A stretch of DNA of 64,000 nucleotides from Xanthobacteraceae bacterium (GTDB lineage: Bacteria > Pseudomonadota > Alphaproteobacteria > Rhizobiales > Xanthobacteraceae), in NCBI GenBank assembly GCA_035639895.1, contig DASQXF010000143.1:7842-71841 (forward strand), read 5' to 3'. The notes below the pieces were generated by a model, which was not told the DNA's origin, searched no databases, and was given only the letters and a program-made list of their open reading frames with translations. Numbering within the stretch: position 1 is the stretch's first letter; each line of letters opens with the position of its first letter. The position numbers and the translations under genes are program-made. Positions 20,841 through 32,292 of the stretch are shown here, in pieces.

Positions 20841-21479
20841 TCATCGCTCTTCGGCTTTCTCGGGCGCGGCGTACTTCGTCAACAGCGGATATTGCAAGGC
20901 GGCGAAAGCGAACGTCAGCGGCACTACACCGAAGACTTTGAAGCTCACCCAAACGTCCGTTGACTGCGAGCGCCAGACGATCTCGTTGAGAACCGCAAGC
21001 GCGAAAAAGAATAGCGCCCAGCGCAGGGTCAGCTTGCGCCAACCCTCCTCAGTGAGATGGAAGACCGAATCGAAAACCATCCCGAGCAGCGGCTTGCCGG
21101 CGGCGAGCCCGCCGAGCAGCACGGCGGCAAACAACAGATAAATGATGGTGGGTTTGAGCTTGATGAAGTGCTCATCGTGCAGGAGGAGCGTCAGGGAGCC
21201 GAACACCAGCACAATCACCGCGGTGACGAGCGGCATGACGGGTAGATGCCGCGTGAGCGCATACGACACCACAAGCGCGACCACCACGGCGACCATGAAT
21301 ACAGCGGTCGCGACAAAGATGCCGGTGCGCTCATCAGACGCAGCGTCTCCGGGCAGCAGCGGCGACACCAGCGGCAAGAACAGCGCTGGACGCGAATTGG
21401 CGAGGAAGAACAGCAGCAACGGCCCGAGATCGAGGACGAGCTTGAGGAGAGGATTGAGCCGCCGATCTTTCGGGTTCAT
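20841..21479 (-). CDS. yciB: intracellular septation protein A (YciB/IspZ)
   Basis: 212 aa. [28 protein letters not shown]... with five hydrophobic helices. Confidence 0.9.
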   Translation of the reverse strand: MNPKDRRLNPLLKLVLDLGPLLLFFLANSRPALFLPLVSPLLPGDAASDERTGIFVATAVFMVAVVVALVVSYALTRHLPVMPLVTAVIVLVFGSLTLLLHDEHFIKLKPTIIYLLFAAVLLGGLAAGKPLLGMVFDSVFHLTEEGWRKLTLRWALFFFALAVLNEIVWRSQSTDVWVSFKVFGVVPLTFAFAALQYPLLTKYAAPEKAEER

Positions 21480-21539
21480 GGCCGCTCATTTAGCGCCGCT
21501 GCGAGGCAATTGCCATCGGACCTTCATTGCCGAGCGATT

Positions 21540-22475
21540 TTAATCAACTCCCGCGATCGCCCGTGCGAAGTCCTCGGCCAAGAACGGCGCGAGATCGTCG
21601 ACCCCTTCACCCACGCCGATGAAATGGACCGGCAGGCCGTATTTCGCGGCGATGGCGACCAAAATGCCGCCACGCGCAGTGCCGTCGAGCTTGGTCATCA
21701 CGAGCCCGGTGACGCCGGCAATGTCGCGAAAAACCTCGACCTGGGAGAGCGCGTTCTGTCCGACCGTGGCATCGAGCACCAACAGAACGGCATGCGGCGC
21801 CGTCCGATCGACCTTCTGCATCACGCGCACGATCTTCTGCAGCTCATCCATCAGCACCGCCTTGTTTTGCAGACGACCGGCGGTGTCGACGAGCAGCACG
21901 TCGATCTCCTCGCCGCGCGCTTCGGTGAGCGCATCGAAAGCGACACCGGCGGCATCGGCACCCGGCGCGCGGGCGATGACCGAAGCGCCGGTGCGCCCGC
22001 CCCAGATATTGAGCTGATCGATGGCGGCTGCGCGGAACGTATCTGCGGCGGCAAGCATGACCGAGCGGCCCTCGGCGCGCAACTTGGCCGCGAGCTTGCC
22101 GATGGTGGTCGTCTTGCCGGAGCCGTTGACGCCAACGACGAGAACGACGAAAGGCTTTGCCCCGCCAATCCCGAGCGGCTTGGCCACCGGGGTGAGCACT
22201 TTTTCCACTTCAGCCGCGACGACCGCTTTCACCTCGTCGGCGGTGATCGACTTGTCGTAGCGCCCTTCGCCCACCGCGGCGGCGATCTTTGCCGCGCTCT
22301 CCACGCCGAGATCGGCACGAATCAGCACATCCTCGATCTCCTCGAGCATCGCCTCGTCGAGCTTGCGCTTGGCGACAAGGTCGGCGACAGCGCCGCCAAT
22401 CGAAGCCGAGGTGCGCTTGAGACCTCCGCTGAGCCGCTGCCACCAACTTTGTTTCTCTGCCGGCTGATCGTTCAT
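21540..22475 (-). CDS. ftsY: signal recognition particle receptor FtsY
   Basis: 311 aa. NG domain with GVNGSGKTTTIGKLA, DTAGRL and TKLDGTARGG motifs. Confidence 0.96.
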   Translation of the reverse strand: MNDQPAEKQSWWQRLSGGLKRTSASIGGAVADLVAKRKLDEAMLEEIEDVLIRADLGVESAAKIAAAVGEGRYDKSITADEVKAVVAAEVEKVLTPVAKPLGIGGAKPFVVLVVGVNGSGKTTTIGKLAAKLRAEGRSVMLAAADTFRAAAIDQLNIWGGRTGASVIARAPGADAAGVAFDALTEARGEEIDVLLVDTAGRLQNKAVLMDELQKIVRVMQKVDRTAPHAVLLVLDATVGQNALSQVEVFRDIAGVTGLVMTKLDGTARGGILVAIAAKYGLPVHFIGVGEGVDDLAPFLAEDFARAIAGVD

Positions 22476-22539
22476 AGTCTTCCGGTTCGCTGGAGATCAC
22501 GATCGTGATAGCGGTTTCGCCCAAGCTTGGTAAGTGATC

Positions 22540-23283
22540 ATGACCGCGGAAGAGATAGTCGCTCGGCTCATCTATCGCGACGGCCTGATGCTGGTGATCG
22601 ACAAGCCGGCGGGTTTGGCGGTTCACAAAGGGCCTAAAGGCGGCGAGAGTCTGGAAGACCATTTCGACGCGCTGCGTTTTGGGTTGCCGCGCCCGCCCGC
22701 GCTCGCGCATCGACTCGATCGCGACACTTCCGGCTGCCTTGTACTCGGTCGCCATCGCAAGGCGCTGGCGGCGCTCGGGCGGCTGTTTAAGAGCGGACGA
22801 GTCGGTAAGAGCTATTGGGCAGTGGTCGCGGGCGGACCGACGCAGGACGAGGGCCGCATCGACCTTCCCCTCGGCCGCAAGGATGCGACGCGCGGGTGGT
22901 GGATGAAACACGATCCCGCCGGTCAGCCGGCGGCCACCACATGGAAAGTGATGGGACGCACCCGCGATGTTGCTGGGCGCAACGACCAGGCAAGCGCCGC
23001 GTCCGGTCGCATGGACATCAGCTGGCTCGCGCTCGAGCCGCTCACCGGCCGCACTCACCAGCTGCGCGTGCATTGCGCTGCCATGGGATGGCCGATCATT
23101 GGCGACAGCGTCTATGGGGACGCTCCGCGCTCGGGAGGTCCCGGCCTATACCTGCATGCCCGCGAAGTCGTGGTGCCGCTTTACAATAACCGCGCCCCGA
23201 TTCGCGTCACCGCGCCCGCGCCGCCGCACATGCAGCATTTACTTCGTGCGTGCGGATGGCCGGGCGAATCAGTCGCCGAATGA
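22540..23283 (+). CDS. RluA-family pseudouridine synthase
   Basis: ORF 22534..23283 with ATG at 22540. ...LMLVIDKPAGLAVH... and the catalytic HRLDRDTSGCLVLG motif. Confidence 0.9.
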   Translation: MTAEEIVARLIYRDGLMLVIDKPAGLAVHKGPKGGESLEDHFDALRFGLPRPPALAHRLDRDTSGCLVLGRHRKALAALGRLFKSGRVGKSYWAVVAGGPTQDEGRIDLPLGRKDATRGWWMKHDPAGQPAATTWKVMGRTRDVAGRNDQASAASGRMDISWLALEPLTGRTHQLRVHCAAMGWPIIGDSVYGDAPRSGGPGLYLHAREVVVPLYNNRAPIRVTAPAPPHMQHLLRACGWPGESVAE

Positions 23284-23307
23284 CTGGCGTCACGGCCGCG
23301 CGGCGCC

Positions 23308-23934
23308 TCAGTACAGCGTGGCTTTCAAGCGCTCGGGCGCGCCGCGGTCGTGAGCCTCGCCGCCGAGTCGGCCGTTGGTCAAGTCCGCCAAAATCGTGCC
23401 ATTGCTCGGCAGGCTCTTGCGATCGATCTGGCGCGATGGCTCCCACAGCTGCGAGCGCACGATCGCCTTCGAGCACTGAAAGAAGACGCGGTCGACGGAA
23501 ACCACGAGCACGGCGCGTGGGCTCTTGCCGTTGACGATGAAACCTTGCGCCAGCTCCGGATCGATCGAGATCGCGGCGCGGCCGTTGACGCGAATGGTTT
23601 CGCCACAGCCCGGGATCAGGAACAGGAGCGCGACCCGCGGGTCCTGCAAGATGTTGCGCAAGCTATCGATGCGGTTATTCCCACGCCGGTCGGGCACGAG
23701 CAGCGTCTTCTCGTCATGAACGCGTACGAAGCCCGGCGCGTCGCCACGCGGAGAGCAATCGAGGCCGTCAGAGCCCGCTGTGGCGAGCGCAAAGAACGGC
23801 GCCGCCTCGATAAATGCGCGGTAATGGGCGGTGATGCGATCGGTCTCCTTGGCGATCGATGGCCCGTACGGCTCACCGTAGATGCGCTCGAGCGTCTCGA
23901 CGCTGGTGACGATGTGATCGCGAAATTCCGACAT
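23308..23934 (-). CDS. pyridoxamine 5'-phosphate oxidase-related FMN-binding protein (PPOX class)
   Basis: ORF 23308..23955 trimmed to MSEFRDHIV. ...FFALATAGSDGLDCSPRGD...RRGNNRIDSLRNILQDPRVALLFLIPG... typical of the split-barrel FMN-binding family. Confidence 0.8.
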   Translation of the reverse strand: MSEFRDHIVTSVETLERIYGEPYGPSIAKETDRITAHYRAFIEAAPFFALATAGSDGLDCSPRGDAPGFVRVHDEKTLLVPDRRGNNRIDSLRNILQDPRVALLFLIPGCGETIRVNGRAAISIDPELAQGFIVNGKSPRAVLVVSVDRVFFQCSKAIVRSQLWEPSRQIDRKSLPSNGTILADLTNGRLGGEAHDRGAPERLKATLY

Positions 23935-23995
23935 ATCAGGCTCCCGACGACCCATCGCTTATACCACGTGGGCAAAAGAATAGTCTCGCATTCGC

Positions 23996-25264
23996 CTATG
24001 CAGCGAGAAGCTGCCGCCCATCGTGGGCGGCAGCTGTGACGTCCACGATATCGCCAGGCGCCATAGGAGCACCAAGGCGTACCCGTGTGAAATGCTCGGT
24101 GCGGCCGAGTTCCTTGGATTCGATCAATACCTGCCGCCTTGCGCCAACCTGCGCCTCGAGATGACGGCGCAACGCCGCTTCGCCTTTTTCTCGCAGTCGG
24201 CGAGCACGCGCCTTGATGACCTCTCGCCTGATTTGCGGCATCCGCGCGGCCGGGGTGCCGGGCCGCGGCGAGAACGGAAAGACGTGGAGATGCGTGAGCC
24301 CGCATGCGTCGACGAGATCGAGCGAGCGCGCGAACATATCCTCGGTCTCGGTCGGGAATCCGGCGATCATATCGCCGCCGAACACGACGTCAGGCCGCAG
24401 CCGTCGCACCGTTTCACAGAAGGCGATGGCGCCGGCGCGCAGATGGCGGCGCTTCATGCGCTTGAGTATGAGATCGTCGCCTGCCTGCAGCGAGAGATGC
24501 AGATGCGGCATCAGCCGCCCGTCGCTGGCGAACACATCGAGGAGTTCGCGGTCGGCCTCCACCGAATCGATCGACGAGAGCCGCAGCCGCGGGAGCTCGG
24601 GCACGTGTTTCAAAATTTGCTTCACCAGCGTGCCGAGCTTGGGTGCGCCCGGGAGATTCGCGCCATAGCCGGTGAGATCGACGCCCGTGAGAACTATTTC
24701 GCGATAGCCGCGCGCGCAGAGCCTGCGCACTTGAGCGACCACCTCGCCCATGGGTACGGAGCGCGAATTGCCGCGGCCATACGGGATAATGCAGAAGGTA
24801 CATCGATGATCGCAGCCGTTCTGCACCTGCACGAATGCGCGCGCCCGGCCTTCGAGACCATCAATGAGGTGCGCGGCCGTGTCCGTCACCCCCATGATGT
24901 CGTTGACGGCGACTTTCTCCTCGGCGGGGAGGAAGGATGCTCGCGCCAAAACGTCGGCGTGCTCGCACCAGGCCGCAGCGCTGAGCTTCTCCTCGTTGCC
25001 CAGCACCAACGCGACCTCCGGCATGTCCGCAAAGGTTTCGGGTTCGGTTTGCGCCGCGCAGCCCGTGACCACGATGCGCGCCGCGGGATGCTCGCGCTTG
25101 AGCCGGCGGATGGTCTGGCGCGATTGCCGCACCGCCTCGGCCGTTACCGCACAGGTATTGACGACAAGCGTATCCGAGAGTCCCGCCGCTTGCGCCTGAC
25201 GGCGAATCACCTCTGCCTCACAGGCATTGAGCCGGCAGCCGAAGGTGACGACATCGACGCTCAT
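23996..25264 (-). CDS. mtaB: tRNA (N6-threonylcarbamoyladenosine-37) methylthiotransferase MtaB
   Basis: ORF 23996..25363 trimmed to [13 protein letters not shown] (ATG at 25262-25264, ATGA overlap with the dapF stop). Radical-SAM CDHRCTFC motif. C-terminal TRAM domain. Confidence 0.92.
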   Translation of the reverse strand: MSVDVVTFGCRLNACEAEVIRRQAQAAGLSDTLVVNTCAVTAEAVRQSRQTIRRLKREHPAARIVVTGCAAQTEPETFADMPEVALVLGNEEKLSAAAWCEHADVLARASFLPAEEKVAVNDIMGVTDTAAHLIDGLEGRARAFVQVQNGCDHRCTFCIIPYGRGNSRSVPMGEVVAQVRRLCARGYREIVLTGVDLTGYGANLPGAPKLGTLVKQILKHVPELPRLRLSSIDSVEADRELLDVFASDGRLMPHLHLSLQAGDDLILKRMKRRHLRAGAIAFCETVRRLRPDVVFGGDMIAGFPTETEDMFARSLDLVDACGLTHLHVFPFSPRPGTPAARMPQIRREVIKARARRLREKGEAALRRHLEAQVGARRQVLIESKELGRTEHFTRVRLGAPMAPGDIVDVTAAAHDGRQLLAA

Positions 25265-26139
25265 TGGGTCGCACTCGCGACGAAGAGCGCCGGATCGAAT
25301 TTGCCTTCGTATTCGAAGGCCACCGGGCCGGTCATCAGCACATGGTCGTCCGCGCTGCGCCATTCAATCCGAAGCTCGCCGCCCGGCAGCGCCACCGTCA
25401 CGTTGCGGCCGATGAGATCCAGGCGCGCCGCCGCGACCGCAGCGGCGCAGGCAGCCGACCCGCATGCCTTGGTGAGCCCGGCACCGCGCTCCCACGTGCG
25501 TATGACAAGGTGCTCGCGGGATGCCACCTGCGCGAGCGAAACGTTGGCCCGCTCTGGAAAGATCGGATGGTTCTCCACTAAGGGGCCGATCTTGCGCAGG
25601 TCATACGAGGCGACATCGTCGACCCAGAAGATGGCATGCGGATTACCCATGCTCACGACCGAAGGCGAATGCAGGATCGGCTCCTCGGCCGGTCCAATGC
25701 GTAAATCGATGACGCGGGTATCCTCGAACTTGTTGGCAAGCGGGATCTCGTTCCATGCGAACCGCGGTTTGCCCATGTCGACGGTCGAGATCAACGGCCG
25801 GTCGCCCTTCCAGCAGCTCAGCAACCCTGCCGTCGTTTCCAACATCAGCGCGCTTCTGCCCGTTTCCTTGAATAGTAATTCCGCAACGCAACGCATGCCG
25901 TTCCCGCAGGCGCCCGCTTCCGAACCGTCGTTGTTATAGATGCGGACATAGGCATCGGTACCCGGCGTGCGCGGCGCATGCAGCGCCATCAGTTGGTCGT
26001 ACGGCGCACCATTGGGCCGCGCAGCGGCCCGCGCATCGACCGCGTCGATCGTTCCCGTCTGCCGACGCATGTCGACAACGACGATCTCGTTACCGAGACC
26101 GCTCATCTTGATGAAGGGACGGTTGGCAAGCACGCTCAT
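25261..26139 (-). CDS. dapF: diaminopimelate epimerase
   Basis: ORF 25261..26205 trimmed to [23 protein letters not shown]. Catalytic cysteines in [10 protein letters not shown] and LTKACGSAA. Confidence 0.94.
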   Translation of the reverse strand: MSVLANRPFIKMSGLGNEIVVVDMRRQTGTIDAVDARAAARPNGAPYDQLMALHAPRTPGTDAYVRIYNNDGSEAGACGNGMRCVAELLFKETGRSALMLETTAGLLSCWKGDRPLISTVDMGKPRFAWNEIPLANKFEDTRVIDLRIGPAEEPILHSPSVVSMGNPHAIFWVDDVASYDLRKIGPLVENHPIFPERANVSLAQVASREHLVIRTWERGAGLTKACGSAACAAAVAAARLDLIGRNVTVALPGGELRIEWRSADDHVLMTGPVAFEYEGKFDPALFVASATQ

Positions 26140-26257
26140 GGGAGGTCCCGTTATCCGCGCTTTATATGGGAAAATCGACGCGTGGGGGCAAATTGAAGCG
26201 TTCACCCAACGCGTTTGGGTGCCGCTGATCGGGGCAAGTGCCGAAAAGCTTCATTCC

Positions 26258-26286
26258 TTGACAGTTTTGGCCTCGGCCGCCATAAG
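26258..26286 (+). promoter_or_regulatory. predicted sigma70-type promoter of rplU-rpmA
   Basis: TTGACA (26258-26263), a 17-nt spacer, then CATAAG (26281-26286). It lies in the dapF/rplU divergent spacer, about 185 nt upstream of the rplU ATG. Confidence 0.5.
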
Positions 26287-26472
26287 CATCCGCCGCAAGT
26301 CGGCCGGCGCCCACTTGCGTTTTTTAAGCGCCGGGCCAAAGCGCTATTTCAATGTGGAGCCTTCGAGTTCCGCATCCCGAATGGGGCGATCGACGCCGCA
26401 GAGCCCGCGCGGGACGAAAAAAGCCGGTCCGGACCGACCCCGCGCACCGGAATCGACCACGAGGACGCACCA

Positions 26473-27000
26473 ATGTTCGCAGTCATCAGAACCGGCGGCA
26501 AGCAATACCGCGTCGCCGCCGAGGATGTGATCAAGGTCGACAAGGTCAAGGGCGATCCCGGCGAGATCGTGCAGTTCGGCGAGGTGTTGGTGGTCGGCGG
26601 CGACAGCATCACGCTGGGTCAACCGACGATTTCCGGCGCTTCGGTCGCTGCCGAGGTGCTGGAGCAAGGCCGCGGGCCGAAGATCATCGCCTTCAAGAAG
26701 CGCCGCCGGAAGAATTCGCGCAGGAAACGCGGCCACCGGCAGGAATTCACCCTTGTGCGCGTGACCGAAATCCTCACTGACGGGGCAAAGCCAACCCAAA
26801 CCGCACGCCCGAAACGCGAGCCGAAGCCGGTCGCCGCAGCGCCAGCCGAGGCAGCCGAACCTGCCAAGGCCGAGGCGCCGAAACCCAAAGTCCAGGCCAA
26901 AGCGCGAGCCGCGGGCGGGGCCGCCAAAAAGCCTTCCAAATCGCCTGTAAAGAAGGCCGACAAGCCAAAATCCGGCGCCAAAGGCAAGAAGAAGGGGTGA
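26473..27000 (+). CDS. rplU: 50S ribosomal protein L21 with a Lys/Ala/Pro-rich C-terminal extension
   Basis: Part of ORF 26215..27000 from [24 protein letters not shown] (ATG 26473). The canonical L21 core spans about 104 aa, followed by about 71 aa of basic low-complexity tail. Confidence 0.96.
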   Translation: MFAVIRTGGKQYRVAAEDVIKVDKVKGDPGEIVQFGEVLVVGGDSITLGQPTISGASVAAEVLEQGRGPKIIAFKKRRRKNSRRKRGHRQEFTLVRVTEILTDGAKPTQTARPKREPKPVAAAPAEAAEPAKAEAPKPKVQAKARAAGGAAKKPSKSPVKKADKPKSGAKGKKKG

Positions 27001-27049
27001 TTTCGCCACAAAGTTTGATTACATAAGCGAGACCGTAAGGACTGAAATC

Positions 27050-27322
27050 ATGGCCCACAAGAAAGCAGGCGGATCATCCCGTAACGGGCGCGACTCGAAT
27101 AGTCAGCGGCTCGGCCTGAAAATTTTCGGCGGCGAGCAAGTGCTCGCCGGCAATATCATTGCGCGCCAACGCGGCACCAAGTGGCACCCGGGCGCCAACG
27201 TTGGCTTGGCCAAGGACCATACCCTGTTCGCGCTGATCAACGGGCGTGTCGAATTCCGTACCAAAGCCAAGGGCCGTGTGTTCGTATCGGTTCTGTCGAT
27301 GACGGAGGCCGCGGCCGAATAG
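27050..27322 (+). CDS. rpmA: 50S ribosomal protein L27
   Basis: 90 aa. [29 protein letters not shown]... Confidence 0.98.
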   Translation: MAHKKAGGSSRNGRDSNSQRLGLKIFGGEQVLAGNIIARQRGTKWHPGANVGLAKDHTLFALINGRVEFRTKAKGRVFVSVLSMTEAAAE

Positions 27323-27384
27323 ACGGTAGACTTCATCGAGGTCTGCCGGATCCCATCGAACCGGCGGACCCACACGGGGTACCA

Positions 27385-27422
27385 AGAGGGGAGACGGGAG
27401 TCCGGCTCCCCTCTCCGCTTTT
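27385..27422 (+). terminator. intrinsic terminator after rplU-rpmA
   Basis: A 9-bp stem AGAGGGGAG (27385-27393) / CTCCCCTCT (27406-27414) with a 12-nt loop, then CCGC and TTTT (27419-27422). Confidence 0.7.
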
Positions 27423-27437
27423 GAGGAAGCCCGTGCG

Positions 27438-28034
27438 ATGACGTTGGTTAGAACGTCGCCGGAAACGCCCCGGGACCGACGTATTCCGCTCATCGAGACG
27501 GAGCGGCTCGTGTTGCGCGCGCCCCGTCTGGAGGATGCGACAACGATCGCTACGCTCCTCAACGATCGCCGAATTGCGGAAAACACAGTGCGCATTCCGC
27601 ACCCTTACACGCTCGCGGATGCGCGGCGTTTTATTGGTAAAGCCAACGCAGGCTCCGGCGAGACGGTATTCCTCATCACCAGACGTGACGCCACCGTGCT
27701 CGGCGCCTGTGGAGTTGCCGAGCGCCCCGAAGAGGCGCCGGAAATCGGTTATTGGCTCGCCTTTGCGTTCTGGGGCAAGGGCTATGCCACCGAAGCCACC
27801 CGCGCGGTGATTGACTATGCTTTCGACGATCTCCATCACGACGTGCTCCACGCGGGCGCGCGGGTGAGCAACCCGGCCTCGCGCCGAGTGCTGGAGAAAT
27901 GTGGGTTTCAGTGGACGGGAGTCGGCCTCTACCGCATCCGTTCCCTCGCCTCGTCCGCGCCTATCGACCGTTTCCGACTCGATCGCGGGCTGTGGGCCTC
28001 GCTAAGAAGTTGGGGCGAGGCGAATAGATTGTAA
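27438..28034 (+). CDS. GNAT N-acetyltransferase (RimJ/RimL-like)
   Basis: 198 aa. ...IETERLVLRAPRLEDATTIATLLND... and ...WGKGYATEATRAVIDYAF.... The position after rpmA is conserved in many alphaproteobacteria. Confidence 0.85.
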   Translation: MTLVRTSPETPRDRRIPLIETERLVLRAPRLEDATTIATLLNDRRIAENTVRIPHPYTLADARRFIGKANAGSGETVFLITRRDATVLGACGVAERPEEAPEIGYWLAFAFWGKGYATEATRAVIDYAFDDLHHDVLHAGARVSNPASRRVLEKCGFQWTGVGLYRIRSLASSAPIDRFRLDRGLWASLRSWGEANRL

Positions 28035-28324
28035 CAGCACTGCCATTCCCACAGCAGCGCTACCACGTCCGTAGTACACACATGAAGTCCGGGTGCCCGC
28101 GCACGTGGGATGCAGTCTTTAACAATTGGAACGCGATGACACATGATTTGAACGTCGGCTGCCGAGCGCCCATTGACAGCCGCCTTCAGCATCATCAGGA
28201 TTGTTGTGTGTACGGGTCACTGTCGGGGTGACTACGGCAACCGAGGAGGTGCAATGCCCCCGGGTTACTTTAGCCGCGATGATCGCCGCGGCAGCGTTCG
28301 GGCCGAGGCGTAGCGGCGGACTAG

Positions 28325-29539
<1,215 letters not shown>

Positions 29540-29578
29540 GCTGAAAACCGCCGTGCGCCCGCGCCTCGGCCAAACTCG

Positions 29579-30310
29579 TCAGCTCCGCTCGAGCATCTCC
29601 ATCAGCCTCCGGGCATCGGCTGGCGCGGCGCTTTTTTGATCGTTGTCGAAATAGACAAACACCGTCCGCCGCTGTCGCCGCCATCCGGCAATCGCGCGCG
29701 CCCACGCGCGCAGCGTTCGATCCGAATAGTGGCCCTTGTAGCGCCCGCCGGGCCCGTGGCCGCGCACGTAGACGTGCCGCGCAGTCACTTGCCAGGGCGA
29801 GGGCGCGTCGTGATGGTCTGATAGACAGAGCGAGATGTCATGTTCATGCAGGAGACTGAAGATGTCATCGTCGTACCAGCTCTTGTGACGAAACTCGAAT
29901 GCGAAACGGTAGCCGCGCGGCAGCATTTCGAGAAATGACGCGAGCCGATCGCTGTTCTTCGAAAATTGCGGCGGGAGCTGGAACAGAACTGCGCCGACTT
30001 TCGGCGACAGCGCCTTGAGCCGGGTCTCCATCAGTTCGATCGAGTTGGGGCATGTCTTGCCCAGCCGCTTCCAATGGGTGATGAACTTCGAGGCCTTCCA
30101 GGCAAACAAGAAGTCTTTCGGGGTCTGGTCGCGCCACGTCCGCACCGCATCAAGCGACGGGGTGCGGTAGAACGAACCGTTGATCTCGGTGCTCGGAAAC
30201 TGGCTGGCGTACCAGGGGAGCCAATCGCTCTTGCGCAGAGTCTCGAGATAGAAGCGCCCGCGCCAACCGTCGTAGGTCCAGCCGGAAGTACCGATGAAAG
30301 CCTTGCTCAT
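29579..30310 (-). CDS. DUF72 (UPF0759) family protein
   Basis: 243 aa. [21 protein letters not shown]...INGSFYR...FEFRH.SW motifs. Confidence 0.88.
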   Translation of the reverse strand: MSKAFIGTSGWTYDGWRGRFYLETLRKSDWLPWYASQFPSTEINGSFYRTPSLDAVRTWRDQTPKDFLFAWKASKFITHWKRLGKTCPNSIELMETRLKALSPKVGAVLFQLPPQFSKNSDRLASFLEMLPRGYRFAFEFRHKSWYDDDIFSLLHEHDISLCLSDHHDAPSPWQVTARHVYVRGHGPGGRYKGHYSDRTLRAWARAIAGWRRQRRTVFVYFDNDQKSAAPADARRLMEMLERS

Positions 30311-30400
30311 GCCGTTACGCGGACCCGAAGACGCATGCTAAACAACGCACCAGCGCGACAATGGTTGTCGCCTGCCGCCGTTCGGACGAAATCTCGCACC

Positions 30401-31546
30401 ATGTCCCGCAAAGCGCCTTCCCTCACGGACTTCCGACGGTTGGTGGTGAAGGTCGGCTCTTCGCTGCTGGTCGACAGCGACGGCGGGCGATTGCATGACA
30501 GCTGGCTCTCATCGCTTGCGGAGGACATTGCCAAGCTGCATCGAAACAAGCGCGACGTACTCGTCGTCTCCTCGGGAGCAATCTCATTCGGCCGCGCCGT
30601 GCTCAAGCTGCCGGCTGGACCGCTCAAGCTCGAGGATAGCCAGGCGGCCGCCGCCGTCGGCCAAATCGCATTGGCCCGCACGTGGTCGGAGGTGCTCGGC
30701 CGGCACGGGATCACGGCGGGGCAGGTCTTGGTCACGCTACAGGACACCGAGGAGCGCCGGCGCTATCTCAATGCGCGCTCAACGATAGACAAATTGCTCG
30801 AATGGCGGGCGGTTCCGGTGATCAACGAGAACGATACGGTCGCGACTAACGAAATCCGCTACGGCGACAACGACCGGCTCGCCGCGCGCGTCGCCACGAT
30901 GACAAGCGCGGATCTGCTGGTGCTGCTCTCGGACATCGATGGCCTCTACGACGCGCCGCCCGCGGACAATGCCAAAGCCCAGCTGGTGCCGCTGGTGGAG
31001 CGCATCACGCCTGGGATCGAAGCAATGGCAGGCGCGGCCGGATCCGAACTGTCGCGCGGCGGGATGCAGACCAAAATTGAAGCCGCCAAGATCGCCACCC
31101 ATGGAGGCACGCATATGGTGATTGCATCCGGTCGCCTCGCGCATCCACTTGCGGCGATCGCCGGCGGCGCGCGCTGCACTTGGTTTCTCACCGCTGCCAA
31201 TCCGATCACCGCCCGAAAAAAGTGGATCGCGGGGTCCCTTGAGCCTAAGGGCGTGTTGACGATCGATGCTGGCGCGGTCGCGGCCCTGCGCAGCGGCAAG
31301 AGCCTGCTGCCTGCCGGCGTCATCCAGGTTGACGGCATCTTCGCGCGCGGCGACGCCGTCGTCATCCGCGGTCCGGACGGCAGCGACGTTGGTCGTGGGC
31401 TCGTCGCCTACGACTCCCACGATGCACTGAAGATCAAGGGCCGCCCTTCGGCGGATATCGTCGCGATTCTTGGATTCGCCGGCCGCGCCGAGATGGTGCA
31501 CCGGGATGATCTGGTGGTGGGGCGGGTCAGCGATCGCGCGTCTTAA
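30401..31546 (+). CDS. proB: glutamate 5-kinase
   Basis: Part of ORF 29966..31546 from [23 protein letters not shown] (ATG 30401). Amino-acid kinase fold plus a C-terminal PUA domain (...[24 protein letters not shown]...). Confidence 0.95.
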   Translation: MSRKAPSLTDFRRLVVKVGSSLLVDSDGGRLHDSWLSSLAEDIAKLHRNKRDVLVVSSGAISFGRAVLKLPAGPLKLEDSQAAAAVGQIALARTWSEVLGRHGITAGQVLVTLQDTEERRRYLNARSTIDKLLEWRAVPVINENDTVATNEIRYGDNDRLAARVATMTSADLLVLLSDIDGLYDAPPADNAKAQLVPLVERITPGIEAMAGAAGSELSRGGMQTKIEAAKIATHGGTHMVIASGRLAHPLAAIAGGARCTWFLTAANPITARKKWIAGSLEPKGVLTIDAGAVAALRSGKSLLPAGVIQVDGIFARGDAVVIRGPDGSDVGRGLVAYDSHDALKIKGRPSADIVAILGFAGRAEMVHRDDLVVGRVSDRAS

Positions 31547-31850
31547 GTTATGACGTGTTGCGATCACGAATGAGATCAAAGAAGCGCGCCGGGTTTCGTC
31601 CCAAAGGGAGAGGTCCGCCAACCCGGCGCCGACGCGAGCCCCGCATGGGTAGCGCGCTCGCGCATCTCATCGCAAGCGGTGAGTCCAACTTCTCGCTGGC
31701 TATTGTGCACAACGGTCCACAAAGGAAGACCCCGGCGCCTATGCGGGCCAGGGTCTCTCGCCGGATGGGTGAGGGGTTGGGGGCTGGGGGGCACTCCACC
31801 CGGCGTTGACGAATCAACGCGCAGGCGTCCCCGCGGTTCCTATCGTGGAA

Positions 31851-32066
31851 TTATTTTCGGACGACTGCCCGCGCCGCGGAGCGGCGGCGGTTCGAGCGCC
31901 TGCGACGCGCCGGGTCAACTGGCAGTTCCACATGCCGGCCGTCGGGAAACTCGAGGTAGCGCAAATGGATGCGAAGACGCCCTCGGCCTCCACCGCTCCC
32001 CTCCACCACGTAACGCGTGCCGATTGGGAACCGGCTGGGGAGATTATCTGCGAACGATCCCATCAT
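31851..32066 (-). CDS. small hypothetical protein (71 aa, Arg-rich C-terminus)
   Basis: MMGSFADNLPSRFPIGTRYVVEGSGGGRGRLRIHLRYLEFPDGRHVELPVDPARRRRSNRRRSAARAVVRK. A strong SD GAGGAGGA lies 3-6 nt before the tandem ATG ATG (32061-32066). Third-position GC is moderately high. No family recognised. Confidence 0.5.
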   Translation of the reverse strand: MMGSFADNLPSRFPIGTRYVVEGSGGGRGRLRIHLRYLEFPDGRHVELPVDPARRRRSNRRRSAARAVVRK

Positions 32067-32292
32067 AATCCTCCTCGAAAGCAACAACCCTCGTGGAACT
32101 TGCCGCCATCAATGCCGGATGAGCGCGACGGTTCCGAGACAGCACCGCGCCTCGGCGCTGATTTCTGTGAATCGCTGTGGACAAACCCTCGCGCGGTGTA
32201 TGCACGCGCTCCCGCAGCCAAGGGATTGACGCGGTTGTTTCGATGCTTTTCCAGCAAAGAACCCAAGCCAAGTCAGCGCTTTTGGCTCGGTT

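Noticed and set aside
31555-31809. An 84-aa plus ORF downstream of proB, considered as a proA remnant.
   Set aside because: It has no similarity to the ProA N-terminus as I know it. It has no SD and ends in the G-run repeat.
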